A program made the translations under genes and the position numbers. A stretch of 64,000 bases of DNA from Eledone cirrhosa. Its lineage: Eukaryota. Under the pieces are notes generated by a model. The model saw only the letters and a list, made by a program, of their open reading frames with translations, made no database searches and had not been told where the DNA came from. Numbering within the stretch: position 1 is the stretch's first letter; each line of letters opens with the position of its first letter. Below are positions 15,353-27,930 of the stretch, piece after piece. The DNA is taken from the NCBI GenBank assembly GCA_964016885.1, contig OZ024743.1, forward strand, positions 274,536,001-274,600,000. The letters are read 5' to 3'.

Positions 15353-15921
15353 ATATGGGTTTAGATCGATATTCAGTGATTTCAATCTCACTGTTTCCAA
15401 TTTGTTCTACAGATTCATTTGGAGCACTTGCATATGATTAATTGTAAGTCAACATTCCCAGCCAGAGCCATGAGCTATGAAAGCAGTGTAATTATTGTAT
15501 TGACAGATTAACATATGAATCAGCCACAATCCTCCTAGTTTAGCACACAAAATTCCACAGGAGTACAAAAGTCCACATCTAAGCTGGTGCAGCAATGGTT
15601 CAAATTCCGTGGATATATGTATATATAACCCTCAATTTCCTATTTACACAGATGCATACCGACCCTATGGGACCCATCGGTCCCACCACACAGATGTAGC
15701 TTTCCATGCACACAACCTGCATAAACACGCATACAGCTGCATCCACGGTCATTATATCATAATCTCCCCTCACCCTACACCTTCTGATGCATGCACATGT
15801 ATATACGTTGGTCTCTGCCCAGTGAGGCATTTTTGCCCATTGCTGTCTTTAACAGCATTTAGCTGTTTTAACGGCTCTTCTAGAGTTTTCTCATTTTTAT
15901 GTCATATCTATATACATAACA

Positions 15922-16092
15922 AAGGAAGTGTGGTTTGAAACCAGGTGGACCATAACGCACCAGAGTATTCGATACTTAGGGTAGCAGAGTGGATAATAGG
16001 AAAAGAGTCAGGACTCCGACGGCTGAACTCCGGCCGTTTCGATCTAGCTGTCGAAACGGCCGGAGCTCAGCCGTCGGGGTCCTGACTCTTTC

Positions 16093-16094
<2 letters not shown>
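15922..16094 (-). mobile_element. Family F fold-back module
   Basis: gagtcaggactccgacggctgaactccggccgtttcga-tctagctg-tcgaaacggccggagctcagccgtcggggtcctgactc. Confidence 0.7.
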
Positions 16095-16143
<49 letters not shown>

Positions 16144-16180
16144 GGTATATAACTGTGTATATATATATATATATATATAA

Positions 16181-16223
<43 letters not shown>

Positions 16224-16232
16224 CCATATATA

Positions 16233-17011
16233 CCGGATAACCATGTTGCTTGTTTATTTTCCTATCTTCGGTTTGCTTTTATCCTTCTATGTTGTTTACT
16301 TGTCTCACTCGCTTTACGCGATTTACTTGTCCCAATACCTTTTTTTAGTTATTGCTCGCACCAACCTGAGGTATATGATTTTTAATGCGATGAAATATCA
16401 ATGATGGTTGGCAAATCACTGACGAGGGACTAATTTTATCATATGTAACCCATGTGCAACCACGCAGTATTCTTCTTTCTTCTCATGTTTTTTATACATA
16501 TTTACCTCGGCTGCGTTTGTCTGTTTCTCTCTTACTGCTTCCCCGTTCTCTCTGTTTCTCTCACTTTCTTTCGCCCCCTCTGTCAGTTACACTTTCTCTC
16601 GACTGACCTCTTCCTCGCACTTCCACTCACTCACTCTCTGTTTCTACCCTTCTCACTTCCTCCCGTTTGGCTAGTAGTGGGGTCTTTTCTTGCTCACATC
16701 TCGCTCACGTTGGACGGTCTGTATCACGGTCGCTCATGAAATCCACCCAGCTTATGCTGACCGGACAACCATGTTGCTTGTTTATTTTCCTATCTTCGGT
16801 TGCTTTTATCCTTCTATGTTGTTTACTTGTCTCACTCGCTTTACACGATTTACTTGTCCCAATACCTTTTTTTAGTTATTGCTCGCACCAACCTGAGGTA
16901 TATGATTTTTAATGCGATGAAATATCAATGATGGTTGGCAAATCACTGACGGGGGAGTAATTTTATCATATGTAACCCATGTGCAACCACGCAGTATTCT
17001 TTTTTCTTCTC

Positions 17012-17013
<2 letters not shown>
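16233..17013 (+). mobile_element. ~1.5 tandem copies of a 529-bp unit, divergent relative of family R
   Basis: accatgttgcttg at 16240 and 16769; shares ctcgcaccaacctgaggtatatg..taatgcga.gaaa..ggttgg..cactgacga..catatgtaacccat with family R. Confidence 0.75.
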
Positions 17014-17070
<57 letters not shown>

Positions 17071-17090
17071 TGTATATATATAAATATATG

Positions 17091-17176
<86 letters not shown>

Positions 17177-17206
17177 AAAGAATAGAGGTGTAACACACAA
17201 GTTATT

Positions 17207-17527
17207 ATATATTGGTAAACAGAATAGAAATTGCTGACAAATTGTTCACAGTGAAAAATAGTTTAATTAGGAATAAATGAGAATTAGCAAACATCACGGA
17301 CGCTCTATCTCAAAATTATTTTTGAAAAGCATTTAGAAATCAGAGCAAACATCACGGACGCTCTATCTCAAAATGATTTTTGAAAAGCATTTAGAAATGC
17401 GCAACCGGTAAAACTTAAAACCAAAACTGAATACTAACCAATACAATTACTAATTCTCATTTATTCCTAATTAAACTATTTTTCACTGTGAACAATTTGT
17501 CAGCATTTTCTATTCCGTTTACCAATA
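17207..17527. repeat. Mini fold-back with ~80-bp arms and an internal 58-bp tandem duplication
   Basis: 17207-17287 is the reverse complement of 17450-17527; GAAA-tgcgca at ~17395 may be an HHR 3' half. Confidence 0.8.
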
Positions 17528-17681
17528 TATATATATATATATATATATGCAGAAGTTATATTTAATTTGTTGGGATTCCAACAAGCTTAAAAGTTTATAA
17601 CTGATATAAAGCACTCAATAGATTACTGGAGCAAATATTCAATATATTAATAAATGGAAACTATATTTATAAAACCATAAT

Positions 17682-17746
17682 TATTTTATTATATTTATTT
17701 CAAGGGCAACCAAGGCAATCTTGGTGCGCCTTCATAAGATAAAATA
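17682..17746 (-). ncRNA. Type I hammerhead in the inverted arm, core mutated
   Basis: tattttat-CTTATGA-agg..ctt-GAAA-taaata-TA-ataaaata. Confidence 0.65.
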
Positions 17747-19102
17747 CAAGATTTGTTTTATAAATATTGACATAACCGTGGAAAAACAACCTTGACGGTT
17801 GTAAGTTCACTGGATAGTGGAAACATTTTTTTATTGGGGGTAATTCAAAGTTCTGTGTGATTATACAAATGAATGTCCGAAAGATTGAAAAAACAACCGT
17901 TTATTTAAATTATACTGTTGGAAGAAGAGAGAGAATAAAGAGAAAAAAAAAGAGAGTGAGAAAAGAATATTATTATAGTTATAGTGGAGAAATAAAGTGA
18001 AGAAAGAAAGAGCGAAGAAATAAGCTTTATCAGAAGATGAGTTTGTATATCGTAAATACGTCATATGTTCATGTTAAATATTTATGTTACGTATATTTAC
18101 TAATAATTGTTAAATTTTACTCTAGTAAGTATATAGAAAGTTAGATATAGAGGAAAAATAAAGATATATTAAAGATAAAAGATAGATTAAAACATATTAA
18201 GATATATTAAAATATATTACAAATGGAGCATAGATATAAAGATAGATATATGAGAGTATAATGGGTATATCATGTTATAGATGCTAAATTATTTAAATTA
18301 AATTAAATTAAATTAATTGAGTCTATAAGATTACTTATGTTTAATGTTTTACAGTGGAAAAATATTGATAATCCGAGTTTTGTTTAGTTATTAATCATTA
18401 TGAGATAAGTTTGACAATGTTATGTTTAAAGATATATTTCGCCATAGTTTGTTACTGGTTGTAACTGTAATATTAAATAATTACAAAAATTAGAAGAAAT
18501 TACTAAAAAATTACAAAAAATTACAAAAAATTACAAAAAATTACAAAAAATTACAAAAAATTATAAAAAATTACAAAAAATTACAAAAAAATTAGATAAT
18601 TAATTAAAAGTATAAGAAAATAGTAAAACCATTTAAAAATTAATACTATAAAAAGTCTTTCAAGAGATTTTTTTTTAAATCTCAAAAATGACTCTAAAGA
18701 TACTCGAAAACCTTTTTAAAAACATTTAAAACGTTTAAAAATTAAACCATAAAATTATTCAGGAATTATAATTAAAACGTAAAATTATTCAAAAATATAA
18801 AGAAATATTTAAAAATATTTGAAAATACTTAAAATATTTAAAAATATTTAAAAATGTTTAAAATATTATAAAAAATATAAAAAATTAGGTGACCCCAAAA
18901 AAAGAGTTTTTTGGGAAATAAATAATTCTTTTTTTTTTTTTTTAATTTTAAGTATTCTTTCTAAAAAGATTATGAGATATTTTGAAAGTAAGAAAATAAA
19001 GATAAAAATAAAGATATTTAAGAGGTAAGAAATATTAAAAAGTAAAGATTTAAGAAGTAAATAATATATATTTTTAAGAAGTAAATTTGATGTTTTGTAT
19101 CA

Positions 19103-21042
19103 TTGATATTATCGATAATATCAATGATACAAAACATCAATTTCAAGAAAAACCAATTTGTAGGCCAGGAATACCTTAAAGGCCTTAAGAATAATATAGA
19201 AAATCTTGAAAAAACTGAGAAAATTCTTGTTAAATCTAACAAAACCAACAATCTATATGGAATGCAAAAGGACGAATATAATAATCTTATATCGAAGGAA
19301 CTAAGGAAAAATTACAAGAGAACAACCAATGATGACCTTGAAATGCTAAATAGAGAAGCTTCTGATATAATTCATAAATTAGGCATCGAAAATAGGACCA
19401 AACCCTTTATACCTAGAAAACCAAAAATTAATTTGAAAGACCACAAAAGAAACTTTGAAATAGAATTACCAGTTAGACTTATAGCACCATCTAGTCAGTA
19501 AACATATATTAGATAGAATCATACCCCAACTTAAAGAAATATCTTACTTAAAACTATGGAACGGGACTAATGAAGTTATAGATTGGTTCAATAGCATAAA
19601 TTATAAGCATAACAAAAAATTAATTCAATTGGATATTGCAAACTACTACTCATCTATCACTCCTAATTTACTTAACAAAGTCCTTATCTATGCATCTAAA
19701 TATACTGATTTATCTAGCGATGAAATGCATATCATTTTAACTGCACGGAAAACCTTAATTAAATTTAATAACCATCTTTGGACCAGAGCAGATAGAGATA
19801 ATAATTTCGATATCACTATTGGGTCATCAGACTCGGCGCAGTTAACAGATCTTGTAGGGCTTTTTATTAATAATGCATTACATAGAAAACTACCGGAGAT
19901 GACCGGTGGTTTATATCGTGATGATATGCTGCTGTTAATTGAAAATAATAATAATTGTGAAATCAATATAAAAAGAAAATCAATAATACAATTTTTTAAT
20001 AGCTATAATCTTAAGTTAGAAATAGAGAATAATTATAAAATAGTTAACTTTTTAGTCGTAACATTAAACCTTAATACTGGGCTATACTATCCATTCCATA
20101 AAATTAATGAGAATTTAAATTATGTTAACTTTAACTCTAATCATCCTAGATCTGTTAAGAACACTATCGGAAATTCTGTGCAGCAACGTATTTCTAGAAT
20201 TTCAGCGAATAAAAATATATTTGAAGATAAGGCACAATATTATAACGAAGCTTTAAGTAGAGCGGGCTATAATAATGAAATTAAATACACCGACAATAAT
20301 GAAAAGGCCATGATATTAAACATAATATTAATTATAATTATAAGTATAATAAGAAACCTAGCATAGACTCTAAAACTAAAAGAAGAAATAAAACTAGAAA
20401 CATAATATGGTATGCTCCTCCATTTTCACATGTAGCTAAATTATTTTTAAAGCTCTTGATAAATGTTTCCCCAAGACACATAGATATTATTAAACTATCT
20501 TACTCTACTAATTTAGCACAGAATATAAATAAAATCAATAATAGACATCTAAACCTTAACCAGAATAACACTAATACCTCTAGAAATATCCAATATAATA
20601 ATACTGTTCTGAATAATATAAACTCTGATAAATGTAATTGTAGAATTAAATCTAACTGTCCTTTAAAAAGTAACTGTCTAGTTAAAAATGTCAAAACTAA
20701 TGATAATTCTTTTAACTATGTAGACTCAACTTCTACAGACTTTAAATCCCATTACAATAACCATAAATGCTCGATTAATAATATTGGTAAACAATCTTTA
20801 ACTTCTCTATCCAACTTGATATGGAACCTAAAATAAAAAAAAATATAGACTATTCTCTATCTAATATAATATCAAAAGCACCTGCTTACAGAAACACAGC
20901 TTTATCCAAATTTTGAAATGTATGTGTTGAAGAATTTTTCTTTATACTTAAATGTAAGAACTCCATTAATTTGCGTAATAATTTATTTAGTTCTTGTAAA
21001 CATCGCCAAATTTCAACTTTTAGATATATATATAAAATATAA
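19103..21042 (+). pseudogene. Disrupted PLE RT plus GIY-YIG endonuclease ORF
   Basis: LKDHK..F...PVRLIAP, LDIANYYSSI, FDITIGSSDSAQLTDLVG, GLYRDD, VNFLVVTLNL, YVNFNSNHP, IIWYAPPFS, CNCRIKSNCPL, YVDSTSTDFKSHYNNH, terminal SSCKH; frameshifts and stops near 19500, 20370-20450 and 20836. Confidence 0.9.
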
Positions 21043-22506
21043 TTACACGTCTAATCTTCCCCACATAATGTTTACTCTATCCAAACACCTATAATCTCAT
21101 TTCTTAAATTATATGCATATATGTTCATAAATTCTAAATCTTTAAATTTAAATTTAAATTTAAATTTAGTGTAATTCTAATTCTAATATCTTTTACTTCT
21201 TAAAAATATATATTATTTACTTCTTAAATCTTTACTTTTTAATATTTCTTACTTCTTAAATATCTTTATTTTTATCTTTATTTTCTTACTTTCAAAATAT
21301 CTCATAATCTTTTTAGAAAGATTACTTAAAATTAAAAAAAAAAAAAAGATTATTTATTTCCAAAAAACTATGTTTTTGTGGTCACCTAATTTTTTATATT
21401 TTTTATAATATTTTAAACATTTCTAAATATTTAAAAATATTTTAAGTATTTTCAAATATTTTTTAATATTTCTTTATATTTTTGAATAATTTTAGGTTTT
21501 AATTATAATTCCTGAATAATTTTATGGTTTAATTTTTAAACGTTTTTAAATGTTTTTAAAAGGTTTTCGAGTATCTTTAGAGTCATTTTTGAGATTTAAA
21601 AAAAAATCTCTTGCAAGTCTTTTTATAGTCTTAATTTTTATAGTCTGAATTTTTAAATGGTTTTACTATTTTCTTATACTTTTAATTAATTATCTAATTT
21701 TTTGTAATTTTTTAGTAACTTTTTCAAATTTTTGTAATTATTTAATATTACAGTTACAATCAGTAATAAACTATGGCGAAATATATCTTTAAACATATCA
21801 TTGTCAAACTTATCTCATAATAATTAATAAATAAACAAAACTCGGATTTTCAATATTTTTCCAATGTAAAACATTAAACATATAAGTAATCTTATAGACT
21901 TAATTAATTTAATTTAATTTAATTTAAATAATTTAACATCTATAACATGATATACCCATTATACTCTCATATATCTATCTTTATATCTATGCTCCATTTG
22001 TAATGTATTTTAATATATGTAGATATATTTTAATATATCTTAATATGTTTTAATCTATCTTTTATCTTTAATATATCTTTATTTTTCCTATATATCTAAC
22101 TTACTATAGTAAAATTTAACAATTATTAGTAAATATACGTAACATAAATATCTAACATGAACATATGACGTATTACGATATACAAACTCATCCTCTGATA
22201 AGCTTATTTCTTCGTTCTTCTTTCTTCACTTTATTTCTCCACTCTACATATAATAATATTCTTTTCTCTCTTTCTTTTTTTTCTCTTTTTTCTCTCTCTT
22301 TTTTCTCTCTCTTCTTCAGTATAATTTAAATAAACAGTATAATTTAAATAAACGGTTGTTTTTTCAATCTTCTGGACATTCATTTGCATAATCACACAGA
22401 ACTTTGAATTACCCTCAATAAAAAAAATGTTTCCACTATCCAGTGAACTTTCAACCGTATAGGTTGTTTTTCCACGGTTATGTCAATATTTATAAAACAA
22501 ATCTTG

Positions 22507-22571
22507 TATTTTATCTGATGAAAGCGCACCAAGAATGCCTTGGTTTCCCTTGAAATATATATAATAAAATA
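22507..22571 (+). ncRNA. Type I hammerhead ribozyme of the PLE 3' end, intact core
   Basis: tattttat-CTGATGA-aag..ccaag/cttgg..ctt-GAAA-tatata-TA-ataaaata; 8-bp helix I. Confidence 0.8.
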
Positions 22572-22621
22572 ATTATGGTTTTATAAATATAGTTTCCATT
22601 TATTAATATATTATATATATT

Positions 22622-24356
22622 TATGAAAAAGTTTGTCCTCATCAGTGGCCATCCAACCGTCGTAGGCATTTCGTCGCATTAAAGGCCATATACCTCAGGT
22701 TGGTGCGAGCAACGGCTAAAAAAAAGTCGTTGGGACACGTAAATAAAGGGGACGCTAGGGTAAACAAACAAAATGGTTTAAGCAGCAGAAAGGAGGAAGA
22801 AGGAAACAAGTCCCAGATTTCTATGAATATAAATTCGGTGGAATCGTGAACGAGAGAATAAAGACCATCAAACCTGGTTGAAATGTGAGCAAGGAAGGAA
22901 TTTCGCACAGGTCTAACGGGAGGAAGAAGGGGTCTGGTCTGCGAATTCGGTAAACATAAGTTCTGTGAAGTCGCAGACGAGAGAGAGAAAAAAAATTCAT
23001 ACCGGCTTGGCCAAGTGCCCGCGAGAAAAGGATTGTGGACAGGTCAAACGGGAAGAAATAGGAGGAGGAGAGGTAGTGACAGAGAGTGAGTGAGTGAAAG
23101 GTGAGGAAGAGGCTAACAGAGAGAGACTGCTAGTAAGGGTAAAGACACAAAGAACGAAACAGACAGGTGGCAGCGGAGGAAAAAATATGTGTAAATATGA
23201 TAATAATAGACCTGCGGCGCTGCAAATGGGTTACATATGAAAAAGTTTGTCCTCATCAGTGGCCATCCAACCGTTGTGGGAATTTTGTCGCATTAAAGGC
23301 CATATACCTCAGGTTGGTGCGAGCAACGGCTAAAAAAAGTCGTTGGGACACGTAAATAAAGGGGACGCTAGGGTAAACAAACAAAATGGTTTAAGCAGCA
23401 GAAAGGAGGAGGAGGAAACATGTCCCAGATTTCTATGAATATAAATTTGGTGGAATCGTGAACGAGAGAATAAAGACCATCAAACCTGGTTGAAATGTGA
23501 GCAAGGAAGGAATTTTGCACAGGTTTAACGGGAGGAAGAAGGGGTCTGGTCTGCGAATTCGGTAAACATAAGTTCTGTGAAGTCGCAGACGAGAGAGAGA
23601 GAGAAAAAAAATTCATACCGGCTTGGCCAAGTGCCCGCGAGAAAAGGATTGTGGACAGGTCAAACGGGAAGAAAGAGGAGGAGGAGAGGTAGTGACAGAG
23701 AGTGAGTGAGTGAAAGGTGAGGAAGAGGCTAACTGAGAGAGACTGCTAGTAAGGGTAAAGACACAAAGAACGAAACAGACTGGTGGCAGCGGAGGAAAAA
23801 AATATGTGTAAATATGATAATAATGGAGCTGCGGCGCTGCAAATGGGTTACATATGAAAAGGTTTGTCCTCATCAGTGGCCATCCAACCGTCGTAGGCAT
23901 TTCGTCGCATTAAAGGCCATATACCTCAGATTGGTGCGAGCAACGGCTAAAAAAAGTCGTTGGGACACGTAAATAAAGGGGACGCTATGGTAAACAAACA
24001 AAATGGTTTAAGCAGTAGAAAGGAGGAAGAAGGAAACAAGTCCCAGATTTCTATGAATATAAATTCGGTGGAATCGTGAACGAGAGAATAAAGATCATCA
24101 AACCTGGTTGAAATGTGAGCAAAGAAGGAATTTCGCACAGGTCTAATGCGAGGAAGAAGGGGTCTGGTCTGCGAATTCGGTAAACAAAAGTTCTGTGAAG
24201 TCGCAGACGAGAGAGATTGAGAGAGAAAAAAAATTCATACCGGCTTGGCCAAGTGCCCGCGAGAAAAGGATTGTGGACAGGTCAAACGGGAAGAAAGAGG
24301 AGGAGGAGAGGTAGTGACAGAGAGTGAGTAAGTGAAAGGTGAGGAAGAGGCTAACA
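22622..24356 (-). mobile_element. Head-to-tail array of ~2.8 copies of the ~615-bp family R unit
   Basis: cctcatcagtggcc at 22637, 23251 and 23868 (periods 614 and 617); no credible ORF; strand uncertain. Confidence 0.85.
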
Positions 24357-24419
24357 ACGATAGACTCTCCATATTTCTTTTCAATGGCTGACAATACCTT
24401 ACCGTCGCCACTCGAATAA

Positions 24420-24576
24420 GGTAGTTATTTAACCCATAACAAGTACAACTACTCCGGGCCAGAGCAGACCTGGGAGTTAAGACAACTAAGGGGTAACTCC
24501 ACATTCCCCACAGCTCCTGCACTCCCGAACTGTAGTTTAATGTCATATGGATGTAGTTTAATGTCATACCCAGGAC
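24420..24576. mobile_element. Short interspersed repeat fragment, SINE-like
   Basis: actccgggccagagcagacctgggagttaagacaactaaggggtaactccacattcccc...gtttaatgtcatacccaggac; resembles an octopus repeat from recollection, unverified. Confidence 0.45.
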
Positions 24577-24954
24577 TTGGACACTGACCAGGAAACTCAC
24601 TCAGATGGTGGATGGGTACTACACAAGAAGGCTGAGGATGGTTCTAATCAGTATACACTGAGGATGAAAAACTCAGAGCTGTATGGGAGCCTCCCAAAAC
24701 TCAGCTCAAAAGTGACACAGCGGAGACTGAGGTTAGCTGGACACTCACCGACATTAAGAGTTGACATTGCACTCAGTGCTCCTGTGGGAGCCCCAACATG
24801 GACACAATGGAAGGGGAAGACAAGGTTAACGTATGTTGATGCCCTAAGGACAGACACTGGTCTGTTGGAGACGCAGGACATCGCAACGATGATGAGGGAC
24901 AGAGACTGCTGGAGAGAACTCGTCCATGGATCTCGGAAATTTTACCCGCCCTAG
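24577..24954 (+). pseudogene. 3' end of an RTE-like non-LTR retrotransposon ORF; shorter copy at 25635-25716
   Basis: NSELYG..PKLS.KV.QRRLRLAGH...GKTRLTYVDALR.DTG....MMRDRDCWRELV matches the typical RTE C-terminus. Confidence 0.7.
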
Positions 24955-24961
24955 AATATAT

Positions 24962-25161
24962 AACGAAGGAAGTGTGGTAAGGAACCAGGTGGACCATAAT
25001 GCACCAGAGATCTCAATACTTAGGTTAGTAGAGTGGGTAATAGGAAAATGGTCAAGACCCCGACGGCAGAGTTCAAGCCGTTTCGACGGCTATTTCTGGA
25101 TGTCCAGAAATAGCCGTCGAAACGGCTTGAACTCTGTCGTCGGGGTCTTGACCATATTCCT
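24962..25161 (-). mobile_element. Family F fold-back module
   Basis: tggtcaagaccccgacggcagagttcaagccgtttcgacggctatttctgga-tg-tccagaaatagccgtcgaaacggcttgaactctgtcgtcggggtcttgacca. Confidence 0.75.
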
Positions 25162-25567
25162 TTTGAAGTTCCGATGAGCTGCTCTAATTTTACCTAAGTT
25201 AATTATTTTCAACTGAACCAGATCAATAATGATCTATAATCATTTGATCCAGAAATATTATATGGAGTAACGAAACAATTGTAAACGGACATTATTATTA
25301 TTAATATTATTATTATTATTCTCTACATTCCTTACGTCAAACTAAAATATGTTGACAATCTTTTAATAATATCTTCCTTGTGAAGTTTGTGGTCTTGTTT
25401 TGCTTAACTAATGAATATTTCCAGCTCTGTGCACCTAACCTCTGCATGAACCCAGTCACCTAGCTGCCTTCCACTGCATATTGCACGCTTTGGCTTCTAA
25501 CTAATTCACCAATCTCTCTTCTCCTCTCCTATCTCCATCTCTCTCTTTAAGATTGGTTACTCTTGAA

Positions 25568-25635
<68 letters not shown>

Positions 25636-26836
25636 GGAGACACAGGACATGGCGGTAATGATGAAGAACAGAGACCGCTGGAGAGAATTCGTCCATGGAT
25701 CTCGGGAATTTTACCCACATATATATATGTGTGTGTGTATTTGTATATATATATATATATATTCGTATATATATATATATGTGTGTGTGGGGGGGGGTCA
25801 TATAAATGTAGGAAAATTAACAAAGATAAGACATGACAACGAACGAAAACAAAGCAAAACGCAGAAACCATAAAAAATTATTTTTTGAAAATAAAAATAT
25901 AACCGAAAGATACAGAACTCCAGAATCATCGGCCCTTGAGATGGACTTTGGCAGTTTTGACCTCTACCAACGTTATTGCTGGTGTACCCGGGGTTACAGC
26001 GTGTGACACAATCCAAAGCTCTGCCCAGTTGAGTAAAAGACGAGACAAAGCACTAACTTACAGCAATTATGCTATGATAAGTAAACATAGAATTTTACGT
26101 GATGACAAGGAAAAGGTAAATATGTATAAACTCTCTGACCCAGTGCCGTCGAAAATGGCGGTTAATTGTAATATCTATACATAATGTAAAAAAGAGTTGT
26201 TTGTTTGTTGGCTGGTTGGTTGATCCTTCGTGCTCACTCACACAAGTGATACAAACACACAAAGACACAGCCAATGTGTGTAGCCAATTCGCTACACATA
26301 TACACACACAAGTGTAACGAATCTTAGCTGGACTTCTATAGTATCTCACCCCCACCCCCCTTCCTCAGTCATCACGTAGATTTGTGTGTATGTAATAATT
26401 ATTTTTCTAAGTATATCTATTTATATGTATGTGTAGATGTGTAGATGTGTGTGTGTTTGTAATTTTATTGTCTATGTATTGTCACGCAAAAACACATACA
26501 CTCACAAATATTATATATAAATATAATTTACACAAACACACTTATACACACACACAAACACTCACATAATCATAACAGCCAAGATGTGGAGCCAATTCAC
26601 TATACATATACACACACATGTGTAGCGAATGTTTGACGCTGCTTTCTGTAGTCTGTCATCTCTCCTTCCTTGCTCAGTCTTCTCTAGCGCGTGACGGACA
26701 AATACATTATTATAAGGATATATATATACACGAGATATCACACTTATGATGGATGATACGTATATGCCGGGTGCTTTTTCTTATGCATCATGACCTGCTT
26801 ATCGGAATGACTAGATTTATCTATTAGTTAAACCAT

Positions 26837-26893
<57 letters not shown>

Positions 26894-27829
26894 TATATTT
26901 AAAATTTCATACACTTAACATGTATCGTTATCTTAGGTTTCGGGGTACAGTTATGGCCACCACTCAATAGTGGAGGAGCCGTTTCAAAATTGGGTTTTCA
27001 TCGGACGCCAGGTCAAAATTACCTGCTTCCTTTCTGTACCAGTTGCTGTCGAGTCACTTGGGGTCCTTGGTCCTCGAACTACTGATTTTCCTCTGCTAAA
27101 TTGAGGCAAGTACATCCCGCTTGAGGAAGAAGCCCTCTGAAGCAGGATGCAGCTATGAAATACTGCCTAGACTAGAGTGTAGGTTCTTCCGCTCCCTTTA
27201 CTCCGCTTATTAATGTTATTTCTCTTTGCTTTTCATTATTTTCATTATTTTAATATGCGAAATTTGATGAATTGTACATTTCTGTTTGTTATTTCAAAAT
27301 ATCCCCGTAACTCCAGATAAAGTGGTAGGGGTGCCGTATTGACATACGGCGTTTCTTGGGCATTTTAGGCCTGACGGAACCCATCCCCCTCCAGGCCTGA
27401 GTAGAGCAGATTTCTCCTAGAGAGAGGAAAAATCGACTGCAATACTAGACTGGTACTTTTTTTATCGACCTTTTAAGGTATAGCTGTAGATTAAACACTC
27501 AGAAATAGCCATCAATAGCTTCACGAACATCAACTACATTGCTTGGGATTTAGAATGCAATAAATGCAGAGAAATATCAACCGTAAAACTCTGACCAAGA
27601 CATCCTTTTCCCATCAATACCATCACCATAATGTGTAGGTTGTAGTTGTTTGTTATTGGACCTCCGTCGGTTCCGATTGTGTGTGTTCCAATTGTTCGTA
27701 CGACAGAGCAGCCTTCTCGTAAAATTAGTGTACAAGAAGCTGAACATTCCACAAACACGCAAACCCTTAACGCAGTTCTCATGGAGATTGAATTCCAGTT
27801 ATAACTTTTTTTTTTTTTTTTTTTTTGCC

Positions 27830-27930
27830 AACTGGAGCAACGTGAAATAAGGTGTCTAGCTGAGGAACATAACACACCGCCGGGAACCCAAAGTACGACC
27901 ATTTCAATCTACGTGTGTACATAGATAAAC
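27830..27930 (-). mobile_element. Fragment of a second tRNA-SINE family, CORE/V-like (also ~38245-38300, 52755-52900, 55250-55390)
   Basis: actggagcaacgtgaaataaggtgtctagctgaggaacataacac; the plus-strand copy at 55250 has ggctgagtggttag and gtgtccttaaacaagac. Confidence 0.55.

Larger units (their letters stand above)
17549..22612 (+). mobile_element. Penelope-like element, Nematis-like, 5'-truncated, with a ~1.5-kb inverted copy of its 3' region at the 5' end
   Basis: RT and GIY-YIG remnants at 19103-21040; 17641-19085 is the reverse complement of 21192-22612; an HHR lies in each arm; (TA)n flanks. Confidence 0.9.

Noticed and set aside
22630-22735. Twister, pistol or HDV assignment for the family R motif
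   Set aside because: Tested by eye; the characteristic conserved loop nucleotides and helix order did not fit.
22642-24394. Repeated short ORFs in family R units
   Set aside because: Frames and stops are not conserved between units or in the 529-bp relative.
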